From Octopus vulgaris (Eukaryota), in contig OX597825.1 in assembly GCA_951406725.2 (NCBI GenBank), positions 82,212,001 through 82,276,000 on the forward strand: a DNA stretch of 64,000 nucleotides. The letters are read 5' to 3'. This document shows positions 1-13,626 of this stretch, piece by piece (position 1 is the stretch's first letter; each line of letters opens with the position of its first letter). The notes under the pieces were generated by a model that worked only from the letters and a program-made list of their open reading frames with translations, searched no databases and was not told the DNA's origin. The position numbers were made by a program, and so were the translations under genes.

Positions 1-122
1 ATCGTTTTAGCGAAGCACAGTCATAAGGATTGAGTTATTTGTGTATTTGATAGTGATTATTTTATTGGCCTTCTGTTAAATAGATCTACAATGGGTTTAA
101 ATTCAGAACCAATGACAATTCT

Positions 123-345
123 AAATATTCTTTTCTGCTCTAGACACAAGGCTCGAAATTTTTGGGGGAGGGGGCCAATCGATAAAATCTACCCCAATAC
201 GCAACTGATACTTAATTAATCGACTTTGCCTTTCATCCTTTCGGGGTCGATAAATTAAGTACCAGTTACGCATTGGGGTCGATCTAATCGACTGGCCTAC
301 TCTCCTAAAAGTTTGGACCTTGTGCCTAAGGTAGAACTGAATATT
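123..345. mobile_element. Two SINE-B 3' halves fused back-to-back (minus arm 123-223, plus arm 219-345)
   Basis: Plus arm reads CTTTGCCTTTCATCCTTTCGGGGTCGATAAATTAAGTACCAG...CCTTGTGCCTAAGGTAGAA. The left arm is the reverse complement of the same tail and matches other copies at 3648 and 5200. Confidence 0.8.
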
Positions 346-1048
346 GCCAATTCTAAGTATTCCGGAAAATTTAGGCTCGGTTCTTTACTACGGCAAGAAA
401 TGTTGTCCTGTCATGATGCTGATGATGATGATGATGCTGTTTCTACTGCCGACGATGACGGTGATGAGGATGACATCGACGACGACGAGGGCGACGATGA
501 GGGGGATGATGACGATGAAGCTGGTAAGATGATGATGATGGTGATGATGAAGATGATTACATGGCGGCAAAACAATGGCGACGGATAGGCCGACAACGAC
601 GGCGAAAAAAAACGACGACGATGACGATGATGATGATGATGTTGCGAATGACAATGGTATAAATAATTAGAATCTGTCACAGTGACAACAACAAACCTCC
701 TTCCTACACCTACCCTTACCCCTTATCCCTCCCCTCCAAATACCATTTCTCAAAGAAATCTATTTTTATCCTGTTTTCCTCCTTTGTCCAACATTTATTT
801 AGAAATTTCAACAAACGTCCTCTCGACTTCAATTGCCTTTTTGTTAACCTTTTCTTCATCTTTTATTCCGCCCTCCCTCCCTCACCCTCTTTCTCACACA
901 CACATACACACACTCCCTTTCTCTCTCTCTCTCTCACACACACACATTCTCGCTTTTTCTTCTTCCTTTCCCCCTTACCACCTCATTCAATTCCTTTCTC
1001 TTTCTCTCTGCGAATCTCTATCCCCTCTCTCTCCTAGCCCTCTCACGT

Positions 1049-1083
<35 letters not shown>

Positions 1084-1146
1084 TCTCTCTCTCCCTCTGT
1101 CCCTTCATCTCTCCCCTTCATCTCTCACTCACACAAATACACACAT

Positions 1147-1540
1147 TCTTTTTCTTGTTTCAGTCATTTGACTGCGGCCATGCTGGAGCACCGCCTTTCT
1201 AGTCGAACAAGTTAACCCCCAGGACTTATTCTCTGAAAGCCTAGTACTTATTCTATCGGACTCTTTTGCCGAACCGCTAGATTACGGGGACGTAAACACA
1301 CCGATATCGGTTGTCAAGCGATGAGGGGGGACAAACACAGACACGCAAACACACACACACAACACACACACATATATACGCGACGGGCTTCTTTCAGTTT
1401 CCGTCTACCAAATCCACTCACACGGCTTTGGTCGGCCCCTTGAGGCAATAGTAGAAGACACTTGCCCAAGATGCCACGCAGTGGGACTGGACCCGGATTC
1501 ATGTGGCTGGTAAGCAAGCTACTTACCACACAACCACTCC
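1147..1540 (-). mobile_element. SINE family A, near full length (tRNA-like head, CORE-like segment, internal CA/TA microsatellite)
   Basis: Colinear with full copies at 61052-61480 and 44695-45086. Confidence 0.9.
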
Positions 1541-2016
1541 AACACCTCTTAATCTCTTTTCCACACCCCTTCTCCTCGTTCTTCCCCCTCTGCCCCTGTC
1601 CCGTTCATTATCCTCTCTCTTTCATCTCTCACCCACACACTTACACACCGTCTCTTAATTCCTTTTCCACATTCCTTCTCCCCGTCTCCATCTCTCGTTC
1701 TCTTTCATAGATATCCTTCCTCCATTGTCTCTTCTCTTATTGTCTCAAACTATTCTTTCTTTTCCTTAATTAATCTATCTTTATCCATTTAATCTAAATT
1801 TATTTCTGGCTACTCCCACCTCTCTCTTTCCCTCTCACTCACAACTGTTTTCCTCTTTCTCTTTCCCTCTCGCCATGTTTTCATTTCAGGCCTTCTGCCT
1901 ATAGTAGAAAGGATAACTTGTTATAGTAATCAGCATTGTTGGTTTGCTGAAGACTGGGTCTTAGATTTGTCTGTGCCACATTTCTGGCAGCAAGCATCTT
2001 TGAATTTCCTGCGAGA

Positions 2017-2160
2017 CGCTTGCTTCCCAACCACATGGTTCCGAGTTCAGTTCCACTGCGTGGCATCTTGGGCAAGGATCTTCTACTCTCGCCTCGGACC
2101 GACCAAAGCCTCGTGAGTGGATTTGGTAGATGGAAACTGAAAGAAGCCCGTCGTATATAG
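2017..2160 (+). mobile_element. SINE family A, 5' half
   Basis: GCTTGCTTCCCAACCACATGGTTCCGAGTTCAGTTCCACTGCGTGGCATCTTGGGCAAG...GAAAGAAGCCCGTCGTATA. Confidence 0.85.
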
Positions 2161-2568
2161 ACATATACATATATACATACATACACACACATATACATAC
2201 AAATATATTTCTCTTTGTCTCTCCTCTCTCTCATTGTTACCCCTGTCTCTTTGTCCCCTCTCTCTCTACTTTTCTCTCTCTTTGTCCCTCCCTCTCCCCC
2301 TTCTCTACCGTTACCTCTCTCTCACTCTCTCTCTCTCTCTCCCCTCTCTCTCTACATCTCCATCTGTTCAGTTTTACAGAGATTCCTGCGTTAGACGAGA
2401 GCGAATACCTTTCCTAATCGTTTTCGGGGAAATGGAACGAAAACACGGCAAAAAAGTAAAACGGGGAAAGTAAACAAAAAATTGATTCAACAAAAACAAC
2501 AACAACAACAAAAAGCAACAAGAAGTACCTTTAAAAAAAAGGGGGTAGGGGTTAAAACAGAAACCCTA

Positions 2569-2658
2569 AAGAAGAAGAAGAAGAAGAAGAAGAAGAAGAA
2601 GAAGAAGAAGAAGAAGAAGAAGAAGAAGAAGAAGAAGAAGAAGAAGAAGAAGAAGAAG
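2569..2658. repeat. (AAG)n microsatellite
   Basis: Perfect trinucleotide run. Confidence 0.98.
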
Positions 2659-2885
2659 AGGAAGTATTTGGGAATGTCAGGAATAATCTCCAAATACACT
2701 TAGAACTCAAAGACTAAGAACGCCATTAGATATCAGTTGACAGATGGTAACTTCGTTTCTTTAATAGGAAAGTCGGGTTTGGTTTTCGCGCTATTTAATT
2801 ATTTTGCGTTCGTTATGTCATTCTTCTGCGAGATAATATCTGACTAGAGTTTGTCCTGAAAGAGAGATCGACTTTAGACTGAGCA

Positions 2886-2990
<105 letters not shown>

Positions 2991-3011
2991 CACACCTATC
3001 TATCTATCTCT

Positions 3012-3197
3012 CTTCCCTTTTCTTTATTTTTCCTCTCCCCCCTTTTTTAAAATCCCCCCCTTTTTTTGTCCTCTTTCTTTCCTTTTACGGTCCCTTTTGA
3101 TCGAAAACCAACCCCCTTTTTTTTCCACAAAAAAGAAAAGCTCTACCTTGTAATTTGTTCTGTCTGTGTGCAGCCCTGTGTGGCTAATAAAGAAACA

Positions 3198-3200
<3 letters not shown>
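3012..3200 (+). mobile_element. Probable non-LTR (Tx1/L1-like) 3' UTR embedded in (TATC)n
   Basis: T/C-rich segment ending CAGCCCTGTGTGGCTAATAAAGAAACA, with (TATC)n on both sides (2888-3008 and 3198-3305). The 3' end resembles the end of the LINE fragment at 40605-40640. Confidence 0.5.
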
Positions 3201-3271
<71 letters not shown>

Positions 3272-3389
3272 AATATCTCTCTCTCTCTATCTATCTATCT
3301 ATCTGTCTATTCCATGCCTCTTTCTTTCTCTCCATGCATGTACGTCTTTTGTTTAATTGAGTTTGTCGTTACGTTACATAGAAGGAAAT

Positions 3390-3872
3390 CTTGGTTTCAT
3401 ATTCTGGTAAAAGGCCAGAAACTTTGGGGAGAGGCTAAGTCGATTATATCGACTCCCGGTGCTCAGCTCCTTCTTATTTTATAGACTCTGAAAGGATGAG
3501 AGGCAAAGTCGACCCTAGCGGAATTTGAACTCAGGATGTAAGGACCGACGAAATGCCGCTAAGCATTTTGCCCGGTGTGCTAACGATTCTACCAGCTCAC
3601 CGCCTTTCATAGAAGAAATATCAAAAACATATTAAAAAAAGGAAAAAATATATTCTTTTCTACTCTAGGCACAAGGCCCGAAATTTTTGGGAAAGGGGTC
3701 AGTCGATTATATCGACCCCAGAACGCAACTGGTACTTATTTAATCAATCCCGAAAGGATGAAAAGCAAAGTCGAACTCGGTGGAATTTGAACTCAGAACG
3801 TAACGGCAGACGAAATATCGCTAAGCATTTCGCCCAGCGTGCTACTGCTAACGATTCTGCTAGCTCGCCGAC
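3390..3872 (-). mobile_element. Two adjacent SINE-B copies (3390-3605 and 3648-3872)
   Basis: Both carry CCGAAAGGATGAAAGGCAAAGTCGACCTCGGCGGAATTTGAACTC-like cores and the head ...CCAGCTCGCCGCC. A possible TSD CATAGAAG(G)AAAT flanks the first copy. Confidence 0.9.
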
Positions 3873-5199
3873 TTAAAGAAATATCGAGACGGATTTGTTC
3901 GACGAATATGGTCGCAGTCCAATGGCTGGAACAACTAAAAGAGTACCAGTTACCAGGTCGAAGAAGTTAGAATCGGTAAACTGATACACGTCTCCACTGT
4001 ATGGCCAATCGCAAATGTTTTTCTCCCGCAACAGAGCTCAGAAAAGATTGCAAAACAAGTGCAACTGAAGATATACGTATTTAGCAATTCTCTAAAATAA
4101 TTTCTGGGATATAACCCGTCGAGACATCATGCAGTTTTATCAAACGAAAGTTCGGGATTCCGAACCTTATAATGTCTCATTCAGACTTAGAGCAATTAGT
4201 ACTTCTTCGGTTCCACCACTCTGCTTGTTTATTTATCTGTAGAAAACGGAAAATAATCACTCGATGATAGAGAATTAGTAAGAATTAAAGGGTTGAATCA
4301 GACCAACTAGGTCGCAATCACGATATTTTAGTTATTTGACCCTTATGCACACTCTAGGGGTTATAACACTCGAAATTATTTTAAAGGCAGGCTAAACAAA
4401 TGTTGTGATATAGAACACGTCTTGAAGCAAGTAAAATATCGACGAAATATTAGAAAACCACCGGCTAAACTACCAAAACAACACATGGGTTACGTCTGTA
4501 GAACATGAGACACTGCTGTGAGGACCAAGTTTTGAACGAATCATTACTCAACATAATTAACATGCAGAGTCAGAGCGTTAGCATATGTCGTTCCTTGTAA
4601 AGATAGGGGTCTGTATAAATAACGGGTGTAATTCAGAGAGAGAGAAGCTTTTATGTGGTCCCACTATCTTCTACAAACAGCAACAACGTCTCTCCCAAGT
4701 TGCATGCTGTGTTGTTTTGGAAAACGAAGGAAATGGTGGTCTTCGATGCAGTGTCTGAGTAAAAGATGGAATGGTTTCTGTTGTAGAATCTTTGAACCTA
4801 GGTCTGCTGGATAAGGGTTGATCTGGCGCTGAAGTACAACAACAACGCGTCAATGACGCAATAACATTTTTTTCTTAAATATGAATGACCCACATATGGG
4901 TCCCACGAGGTCGTCCGAAATTAGGAATCGATCAACGCATATCACTGATCCCCTTGTAGGGAATCGTTGATGACTTATCAACTCACATCAGGTAAATTTC
5001 TAAAATTATAGGAAAAAGTACAATTGATGACAAAAATTCCTTGATTTAAAAGTAATAACTCTTTCGTTCTTTTGAGTCATTCCGGATTTTAATTAATATT
5101 TAAAGAAATTTAATGAAAATACTTAATGAAATTGATAAAGAACAATAAAAATTCAGTCATATTATATTGATACAGTCGGAATATTCAATGTAGAATACA

Positions 5200-5335
5200 T
5201 GCTTTTCTTCTCTAGGCACAAGGCCCGAAATTTTGGGGGAGGAGGGGCCAGTCGATTAGATCGACTCCAGTACGCAACTGATACTTAATTTATCGACCCC
5301 AAAAAGGATGAAAGGCAAAGTCGACCTCGGCGGAA
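5200..5335 (-). mobile_element. SINE-B 3' part (B2-type tail)
   Basis: CTAGGCACAAGGCCCGAAATTTTGGGG...GGATGAAAGGCAAAGTCGACCTCGGCGGAA. Confidence 0.85.
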
Positions 5336-5530
5336 GTAGGAAGAAAGAGTGAGAGAAAGTTGTAGTGAAAAGTACAACGGAATTCACCACCCCCCTCACG
5401 CGCCAGAGCCTCGTGGAGCTTAGGTGTTTTTTTTCTCAATAAACACTCACAATGCTCGGACCGGGAATCAAAACCGTGTTCTTAGGACCGCGAGTCCGCT
5501 GCCCTAACAAATGAGCCATTGCGCCGCCAC
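5336..5530 (-). mobile_element. tRNA-derived SINE family E (decayed)
   Basis: Minus strand begins GGCGGCGCAATGGCTCATTTGTTAGGGCAGCGGACTCGCGG...GGTTTTGATTCCC, with degenerate A and B boxes at tRNA spacing followed by a non-tRNA body. Confidence 0.6.
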
Positions 5531-6193
5531 GCTACCGCTGTAACTTCTTGTCTTTGGATCTAGATGGCCACGTGCCACTTCCTGCCTGCTACTTATGCCT
5601 CACTTGTCATCTTGTCGATTCTAGAGAATCTCAGTTACCATTTCGCCCAATTCTTCAAACCCAAAACGTCACTCACTGGATTCACCACCTTGTAAGTGCT
5701 TTTCTATTTAAGTCGTCAATTTGTAAGCACTCTGAATGGAATGCCAAGCACGTCGATCGATCCCATTGTCCTAGGGTAGGGAGAGTCTGGGAGCGATCGA
5801 CGTATTTGATGTGGATCATGAGTCATGGGAGGGGCTTGGGTTTATCGATCCCAACCCTTTTCTCTGACAAACAAAGATATAAAAAAGGAAGAAGAGAAAA
5901 CAACCCCCTACGAGTCAAAAACGGTGTTCGACCGTAAAAATAATCGGCAAATTTCCATTCAATAACGGTTTATTGTCTTAAAAAGATCGATGTAATTATA
6001 GATATGCCTTATTTGATGCGAGACGGTCATTGATAAAAACCTTTGATCATATGACCAAGGGATCACGTGCCATATAGGGCGACCATCAACGACCACATCA
6101 ACAACATATGCTCTAATGTGAATACGTTCATGTATGTATATATGTGTATACACGTATATATATATGTATGCATGTATATATATATATGTATGC

Positions 6194-6249
<56 letters not shown>

Positions 6250-6382
6250 TTTTATCAGTATTTAGCGGAGGCAACAGTGACTCAAGGACCGAGAATGTCA
6301 TGAGTTATAAGTTATCAAACTTAGTACACATACACGCACACACACACACACTCATTCACACACACAGAGGCACAGGCACACA

Positions 6383-6419
<37 letters not shown>

Positions 6420-6424
6420 ATACA

Positions 6425-6456
<32 letters not shown>

Positions 6457-6595
6457 CATACATCCATACATACACACACATACACACTATGATGTTCTTT
6501 TGGCTTGAAAGAATCATCTTAAAATATCCTGCAAATATTTCGCATTGAAATTCTATGCCAAATACATGTAGAATAGAGAAATGTGAGCGATAAAT

Positions 6596-6690
<95 letters not shown>

Positions 6691-7238
6691 CCCCAAAAAA
6701 AACAAAAAAAAAACAATTTCTGAATCAGAGTTTTGTTCGTCTGTGAAGACATAGGAGAAAAGCACGCTTCCTTTAATATACGTCCCTGATGAGGGTCATT
6801 ATAACACTTGATGGAGTCCATAAGTGATGGGGGTGGATGGGTGTGTGGTGGGGGTGGCAGAGGTGTCAATCGGTACGACTAGTCTGGACACAGAGACGGG
6901 GAGTCAATGAGGAGCCTGCCGAAAACGAGGAGTTTTGAGGTCTAAACACACACACACACACACACACACCCAAAAGAAAAGACCCTGAGTAATGAATACA
7001 TTAACGCCTTGTTTGAATTTTGGACGGGCCCCTGAATGAAACCCACACACACGGGAACTGAATGAAACATCGTTCCACCTTGCCAATTGCTCTTGGAAGC
7101 TACCCGTCAAGTAATTAAGTAGTCTTGCAGATAGGCAAACTCCCAGACAGACAGACAGATACACACACTAAGTGATTGTCTGCTATATATACAGACAGAT
7201 AGACACAGACACATATATACATATAAATATATATATGT

Positions 7239-7347
<109 letters not shown>

Positions 7348-7391
7348 TGTATATATATATATACACACATATATATACATACACATGTATG

Positions 7392-7435
<44 letters not shown>

Positions 7436-7436
7436 T

Positions 7437-7478
<42 letters not shown>

Positions 7479-8023
7479 GCAGTTTAGCATCTTTGTTAGT
7501 GCTAACTAATATGAGGGAAAAAGACCGGTAGAGGGGAAGAGGCAAAGACAAAGAGAGTGGGAGACGGAGAGAGAGAAAGAGTGAGACTGAGAGAGAGAAA
7601 GTGAGAGAGAGAGAGAGAGAGAAAGTGAGAGAGAGAAAGTGAGAGAGAGAGACGAAAGCACTCTAAAGGGAAGAAGTATTATATAGCATATCCTAATTAC
7701 TGGTAACAGTTGTATATATGTGTGTATGAATATGTGTGTGTGTATAAACACACATACTTGTATCTAATCACAGATGCACGATCACTTGCACACGCACATA
7801 AACCTACATATGTACATACATACATAATGCATGTATGTGTGTGTGTATGTGTGTGTGTGCGTGTCTGTGTGTGTGTGTGTATGTGTGTGTGTGTGATGTG
7901 TACAAGTATGAATATAGTTAAGGGATTTTGTTACTATGATAATTCAATTAGGCAGGAAACACAATTTATGATATTAATATGCCTACACATGCATGTACGC
8001 ATGCATAAATACTTGCACATGTG

Positions 8024-8080
<57 letters not shown>

Positions 8081-9338
8081 CTATATATGTGGTTATGCAA
8101 AGAGGCACATGCTCATTTGTACATAGAAAGGTCCACACAATCCTACATGTAAGCATATATGCATACATGGATACACACACACTCATGTATAATAGCATGT
8201 GACTGGATTGTGTATGTAAGCACATGTAGACGCATGTATGTGCAAATTATCTAAGTGCATACATATGCCTGTATGCCCCTCCCTGTTTCTCTCCATACAT
8301 ATATATAATATTTTTATATATATATATATATATAATTATTAAATAGTGCAATACAGCAGTATTGCTTCCCAGCAAAATAAAGCACCATCAGGTTTATGTA
8401 TAAATAAACAGGGTACCAATATTTACTGGAAATAGCAGTGGATAATATACGACGCTATAGTAAAGCTTTACTGTTGCTAGGATGATCCGGTTCTTGACTG
8501 AAGATTGAAGGCTTCGAATGTCCCGTCCGTGTTTTTTGTATCGTCTTCAAAATGTTTTACGTTCTTGTCCCAGTTTGTATTTTTCTACATATAATATATA
8601 TATATGTCTTGCCTTCGAAACACGCTAGAGTCGAACTAGTGACAGCTGATGAAGGGGATTTTTCCTTGTGTAGTTTGTCCTGTACTCTGTTTTTCTGTTG
8701 TAAAAAAATGTTTTTTCCGTTTTCGTTTCTCGTTGAGTTCTACCTCTAGTTGTGGTGTCCTGTACTCACGTATATATATTTATATATGCATGTATATATA
8801 CATGTAGATGTAGGTACGTACATATATGTTTGTATGTATGCATATATTTTATTTATTACACTATATATATATACATACTGGCAAAAATGTTTCCGAGCGG
8901 CGAACATAAAAGATTTCATTTTAACTGTAGGTAAAACAAAATAAATGTACAACCCAGATGTGTATAATCTAGGACCTAGGTTTCGAACTTTCCAAATTAC
9001 GTTTGTTAACGTAAATTTGATTAGTTCTCTTCGGCTAGATAAAATTCACCTAGATAAACATTCAAATGTTACTACCTCAATGCTAGTATTTACTCATCTG
9101 AAACGCAAAGCCGTTAACAGACCGAGAAAAAGGGAGAAGTTTTCAAAGAAAAAATATTAAATATGCAATACAGCAGTATTGCTTCCCAGTAAAACAAAAT
9201 ACCATCGGTTGAAGTATATATATATAATCTAAACGACCAAAATAGTTAGTCAGTCTCCCATTTCATAGCTAGCCTCGATAAACTCTAGCCACATCCTTGC
9301 TGTATGCTTGGGATATTCTTCTGTTTTGTAAAATTACT

Positions 9339-9413
9339 TCTCATCTGATGACTACGGTCTTTTATAATGGTGTAATGTTCTAAACAGTTACGTGAGAAAC
9401 AGCTGTAATGAGA
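9339..9413 (+). ncRNA. Type I hammerhead ribozyme motif
   Basis: Stem I TCTCAT/ATGAGA; core CTGATGA (9345-9351); long imperfect stem II; GAAA (9396-9399); stem III C-AGCT-G with palindromic loop; GUA cleavage triplet. Confidence 0.75.
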
Positions 9414-9452
9414 TGGCAATTATCTATCGTCTGTTATTATTCATTTAATCAA

Positions 9453-9496
<44 letters not shown>

Positions 9497-9498
<2 letters not shown>

Positions 9499-10426
9499 TC
9501 TGTTGTATCTGGGGAGAGTCATTCTCCTTTTAGTGCCTTATAATTTAACACATTCACTTTTCTAAACTTTTCGTTGCGCCTTGCAACCTTTTCAGTAATT
9601 ATTGACTCTGTCTGTTATCCGAGCTGCGTACTTTTTGTTTGAGCGTCTATGTGTGGGTCAGTGTGCGTGTGTTTGTGTGTGTATGTATGTATATATATAT
9701 ATATATGGTCATGTGTTTCATATAACCTATATTCCTATCCGTCTGTATGTCTATCTGTTTACATTCATATCCATACTCTTACATACATGTGCATATATAC
9801 ATATACATATATACCCACACACATACATATATCTACCTACATAACAGCCCATTAACTATTCTACTCTAGCTGTATAGACTGTAGATATGGGGGTATGATA
9901 TCTACTACACATCTTATTTATTATTGGGGAAGTTTCATTTATGAGGAAGTACTCTTGTATTTGTCTGAGTGTTGGGTCCTTTAGATGCTTGAATAAAATG
10001 CGGATGTCAAGTTGACCCAGGTTGCCTCCATGTTGGTAGAGTATGGAGGACTGATTTTTGTCGTCATATTGTCTCAAATACGCACACACACACACATACG
10101 CACACAGACACACTCACACATGCACACACAAGGAGATAGAGGTTCAAACTCACACACACACTCATCAAACACACAAACACATGAATATGTAGGCAGAATA
10201 CATACATACATACATACATACATACATACATACATACATGCATGTGTATGCAACACACACTGACCCACACACATGCGCACAAACAAACAAAAACAACGCA
10301 GCTCGGATAAGAGACAGAGTCAACAGCTATTTAAAAGGTTGCAAGACGCAACGAAAATTTTAGGAAAAATAAATAAGTAAATGAGAGGAAATTTTACTGG
10401 GGTCTCTACCCAGACACAACAGAATA
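9497..10426 (-). mobile_element. Penelope-like element remnant: GIY-YIG C-terminal fragment between inverted ~170-bp terminal arms
   Basis: Minus-strand 9913-10065 encodes KNQSSILYQH...DIRILFKHLKDPTLRQIQEYFLINETSPIINK, the S..H / IL / R..E..I..P..N pattern of PLE endonucleases. 9497-9667 is the reverse complement of 10255-10426, and each arm has a decayed hammerhead with stem II GTTGC/GCAAC followed by GAAA. Confidence 0.65.
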
Positions 10427-10608
10427 TGCTTCAACACGCGAACTCACATATGAATCTAGTAAACAAAATCTCAAAACGAAATATACATACATACATACAT
10501 ACATATATATATTTAGTGAAGGGAAGAAATAGAGCCGAACGAAGATACTACAAAATTCCTTACATGTTTCAAAGGTTGCAAAATCCCAAATTCGGATTGA
10601 ATAAGGAG

Positions 10609-10695
<87 letters not shown>

Positions 10696-10697
10696 TG

Positions 10698-10759
<62 letters not shown>

Positions 10760-11292
10760 CGAGGGTCTTCCTTCCATCTACCACTCAAGCAGCATTTGTT
10801 GGTTCTAGGCTATAGCGGAAGGCACTTTGCGAAAGTGTCACGCAGTGCGACTGAACACACACGCACACAGACAGACAGACTGACACACACACACACCTAC
10901 ATGTATATAGTGTCCTAAAATCCCTTTCTTTGTGCCTTTCATTAGTCGAAAAACAAAAACTGCATAAGTAAGCGATGATTTTCTACGCGGGCGCTCGCAT
11001 GCGCAGACACGCACACGCACGCACAACCTCAGACACGTACGCAAACGCATTGCGGGTACGGTCGCCTTTATATCTCGCACAGCGATTGCCGTCTTGGACG
11101 CGTGGCAGGAATAAAAGGGAACTGATTGTCTTCAGTTCGGGTTACGTTAAAACAGAAGCTCGAGTTTTCTCTCTGAAAAGCGACGATTTTTCACTGAAAT
11201 GTTGACCACATCAACGATGTAGTAAATCTATCTACCTACCTGTCTGTCTGTTTGTCTGTCTGTCTATTCATCCATCCATCTATCTATCTCAT

Positions 11293-11332
<40 letters not shown>

Positions 11333-11363
11333 TTGTCTGTCTGCCTGCCTGCCTGTCGTTCCC

Positions 11364-11432
<69 letters not shown>

Positions 11433-11437
11433 GATCG

Positions 11438-11476
<39 letters not shown>

Positions 11477-11481
11477 GATCG

Positions 11482-11585
<104 letters not shown>

Positions 11586-11608
11586 GCCTGTCTTTATCTC
11601 TGTCTCTG

Positions 11609-11648
<40 letters not shown>

Positions 11649-11679
11649 TCTGTCTGTCTGTCTCTCTCTCCATACAAAG

Positions 11680-12030
11680 CATGACTCCATAGTTAAGAAT
11701 CTTCCTTCACAACCACGTGGTTCTTCGAGTTTAGTTCCACTGCTTGGCACCTTGAGCAAGTATCTCCATTTACAGTTCTGCACCGACCAGTGTCTTGTAG
11801 GTGAATGTAGCAGACGGAAACCTTGTGGAAGCTCCTCGATGTTTTTCGCCACCCATCAATCGACCAGTGATCGTTGGTTTGCATCCCACGTAACCTAGCA
11901 GTTCAGCAGAAGATAGCGATCAAATTAGTATGAGACGAAAAATAATTAGTTCTAGGTCGATTTGTCCGATTCCACCCGTCAGGCTCTACTCCAGCCTGGC
12001 CGCAGTTTAACGACGAAACAAGTAAAATTT
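11680..12030 (+). mobile_element. SINE family A, old diverged copy
   Basis: AACCACGTGGTT...TTGGCACCTTGAGCAAG...ACTCCAGCCTGGCCGCAGTTTAACGACGAAACAAGTAAAA. Confidence 0.75.
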
Positions 12031-12246
12031 TAGTAAACGAAAAGGTGTGTGTAATAAACTTGAGAGAGAGAGAGATAAATAGACAGACAGAGAGAGACAG
12101 AGAGAGTGAGAGAGAGAGACAGAGATTGAGAGAGGTACAGAAAAAGGCAGAGAGTAGGTGATAGAGGGAGAGAGAGGGAAAGTTGAACAGACAGCAAAAC
12201 ACACGTACACACACACACGTATATATATACACGTGTGTGTGTTTAA

Positions 12247-12292
<46 letters not shown>

Positions 12293-12448
12293 TTGTACGT
12301 GTGTGTGTGTTTTGCTGTCTATGTTGAATTTCTGCTGCTTTTAAATAAAGTATATATATATATATATATATACACACAGGCATATATACAGATATATACA
12401 TACACACACACACACACAACCAGTCAGGCATGAGAAAGACAGATAGCT

Positions 12449-12479
<31 letters not shown>

Positions 12480-12902
12480 CGAGAGTGTGTAGAAGAGAGA
12501 AAGGAAGAAAGACAGAGAGGCCTTAATGTTAAGTAGACTTGAGAAACACACCTCTCTCTACTCCCCCTCTCCCCCTCTCTCATTCTCTAAGGAAGTTTCC
12601 CACACGTGCCGGCACCACATTCCAACTGGCGTCCTCATTCATCTCCACGTTCCTCTCCTTCACACTCTGCTTTTCCTGCATTTCACTTACTCCCACCCTT
12701 CCCCTCTTTGTGTCCCGATACTTCACTCTTTCATTCTGTCCGTCTCTCTCTGTCGCTCTCTCTCTCTCTCTGTCGCTCTCTCCCCCCCTCTCTCTAAGTT
12801 TCTATCTATCTATCTATCCTCCTAGCTACAAATGCTTGGTGAAGGTGACGAGCTCAGAGGAACGTGGCCTGGCGACTGCAGTAGAAGGACTCAGGCAAAA
12901 TA

Positions 12903-12955
<53 letters not shown>

Positions 12956-13261
12956 TTGTGAGGGTGCGTGTATGTGTGTGTGTGTACGTGTGTGCTTGTG
13001 TGTGTGTGAGAGAGAGAGAGAGTGTGTAAGAGATTGTATTTGTTTGTGAGTATGCGTGTATGCTTGTGTGCTTGTGTGTGTGATTGTGTGTGTGTGTTTG
13101 TGTGTGTTTATGCTGTGAGTTTGTGTTTGTGTGTGTACGTATGTGTGTGAATGTGTAAGTGTGTGTGTGTGTGTTTGTGTACGTATTTGTGCGAGCATAT
13201 CATTGTGTGTGTGTGTGTGTGTTTATAAAACCTATGTCCCCCGTAGTAGGTTTTCCTATTT

Positions 13262-13590
13262 TTTTCTTTTCTACTTGCTTCAAACACTTAAGTACAGCCA
13301 TGCTGGGGCACCACTTTGGGCTGTTTAATCGAGCAAATCAACCTACGACATTTATGCCGAACCGCTAAGTTACAGGAACGTAAACAAACCAACATAGGTT
13401 GTCAACCGGGACCGGGGCTCCAACACAAACACAAAGAGAACAAAACATACAACACACACATACGAAAGGCTTCCACACAGTTTCCGCCTACGAAAGTCAT
13501 TCACAACGCATTAGTCGACTCGGTGCTTCAGAAGAAAGTTGTCCAAAGTGCCGTACAATGGGATTGAACTCAGAGCCGTGTGGTTGCATA
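13262..13590 (-). mobile_element. SINE family A, old diverged copy
   Basis: CAGCCATGCTGGGGCACCAC...GCCGAACCGCTAAGTTAC...ATGGGATTGAACTCAGAGCCGTGTGGTTG. Confidence 0.75.
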
Positions 13591-13626
13591 TCTAGCCCCC
13601 TAAATGTAAAACTTAGAATCCAACGG

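Noticed and set aside
313-588. Acidic Asp/Glu-rich ORF
   Set aside because: It begins inside a SINE tail and runs through a degenerate (GAT/GAC)n tract, with no splice or domain support.
4080-5190. Unique-looking 1.1-kb block, possible exon or DNA transposon
   Set aside because: I could not identify a convincing ORF, TIR pair or second copy by eye, so it is left unannotated.
6783-6822. CTGATGAG motif
   Set aside because: There is no downstream GAAA or closing stems.
8490-8530. CTGAAGA...GAATGTC as a hammerhead
   Set aside because: GAAA is broken and no stem I pairing was found. The surrounding island is a repeat (it matches 9165-9207 and 33180-33222), but the ribozyme call is unsupported.
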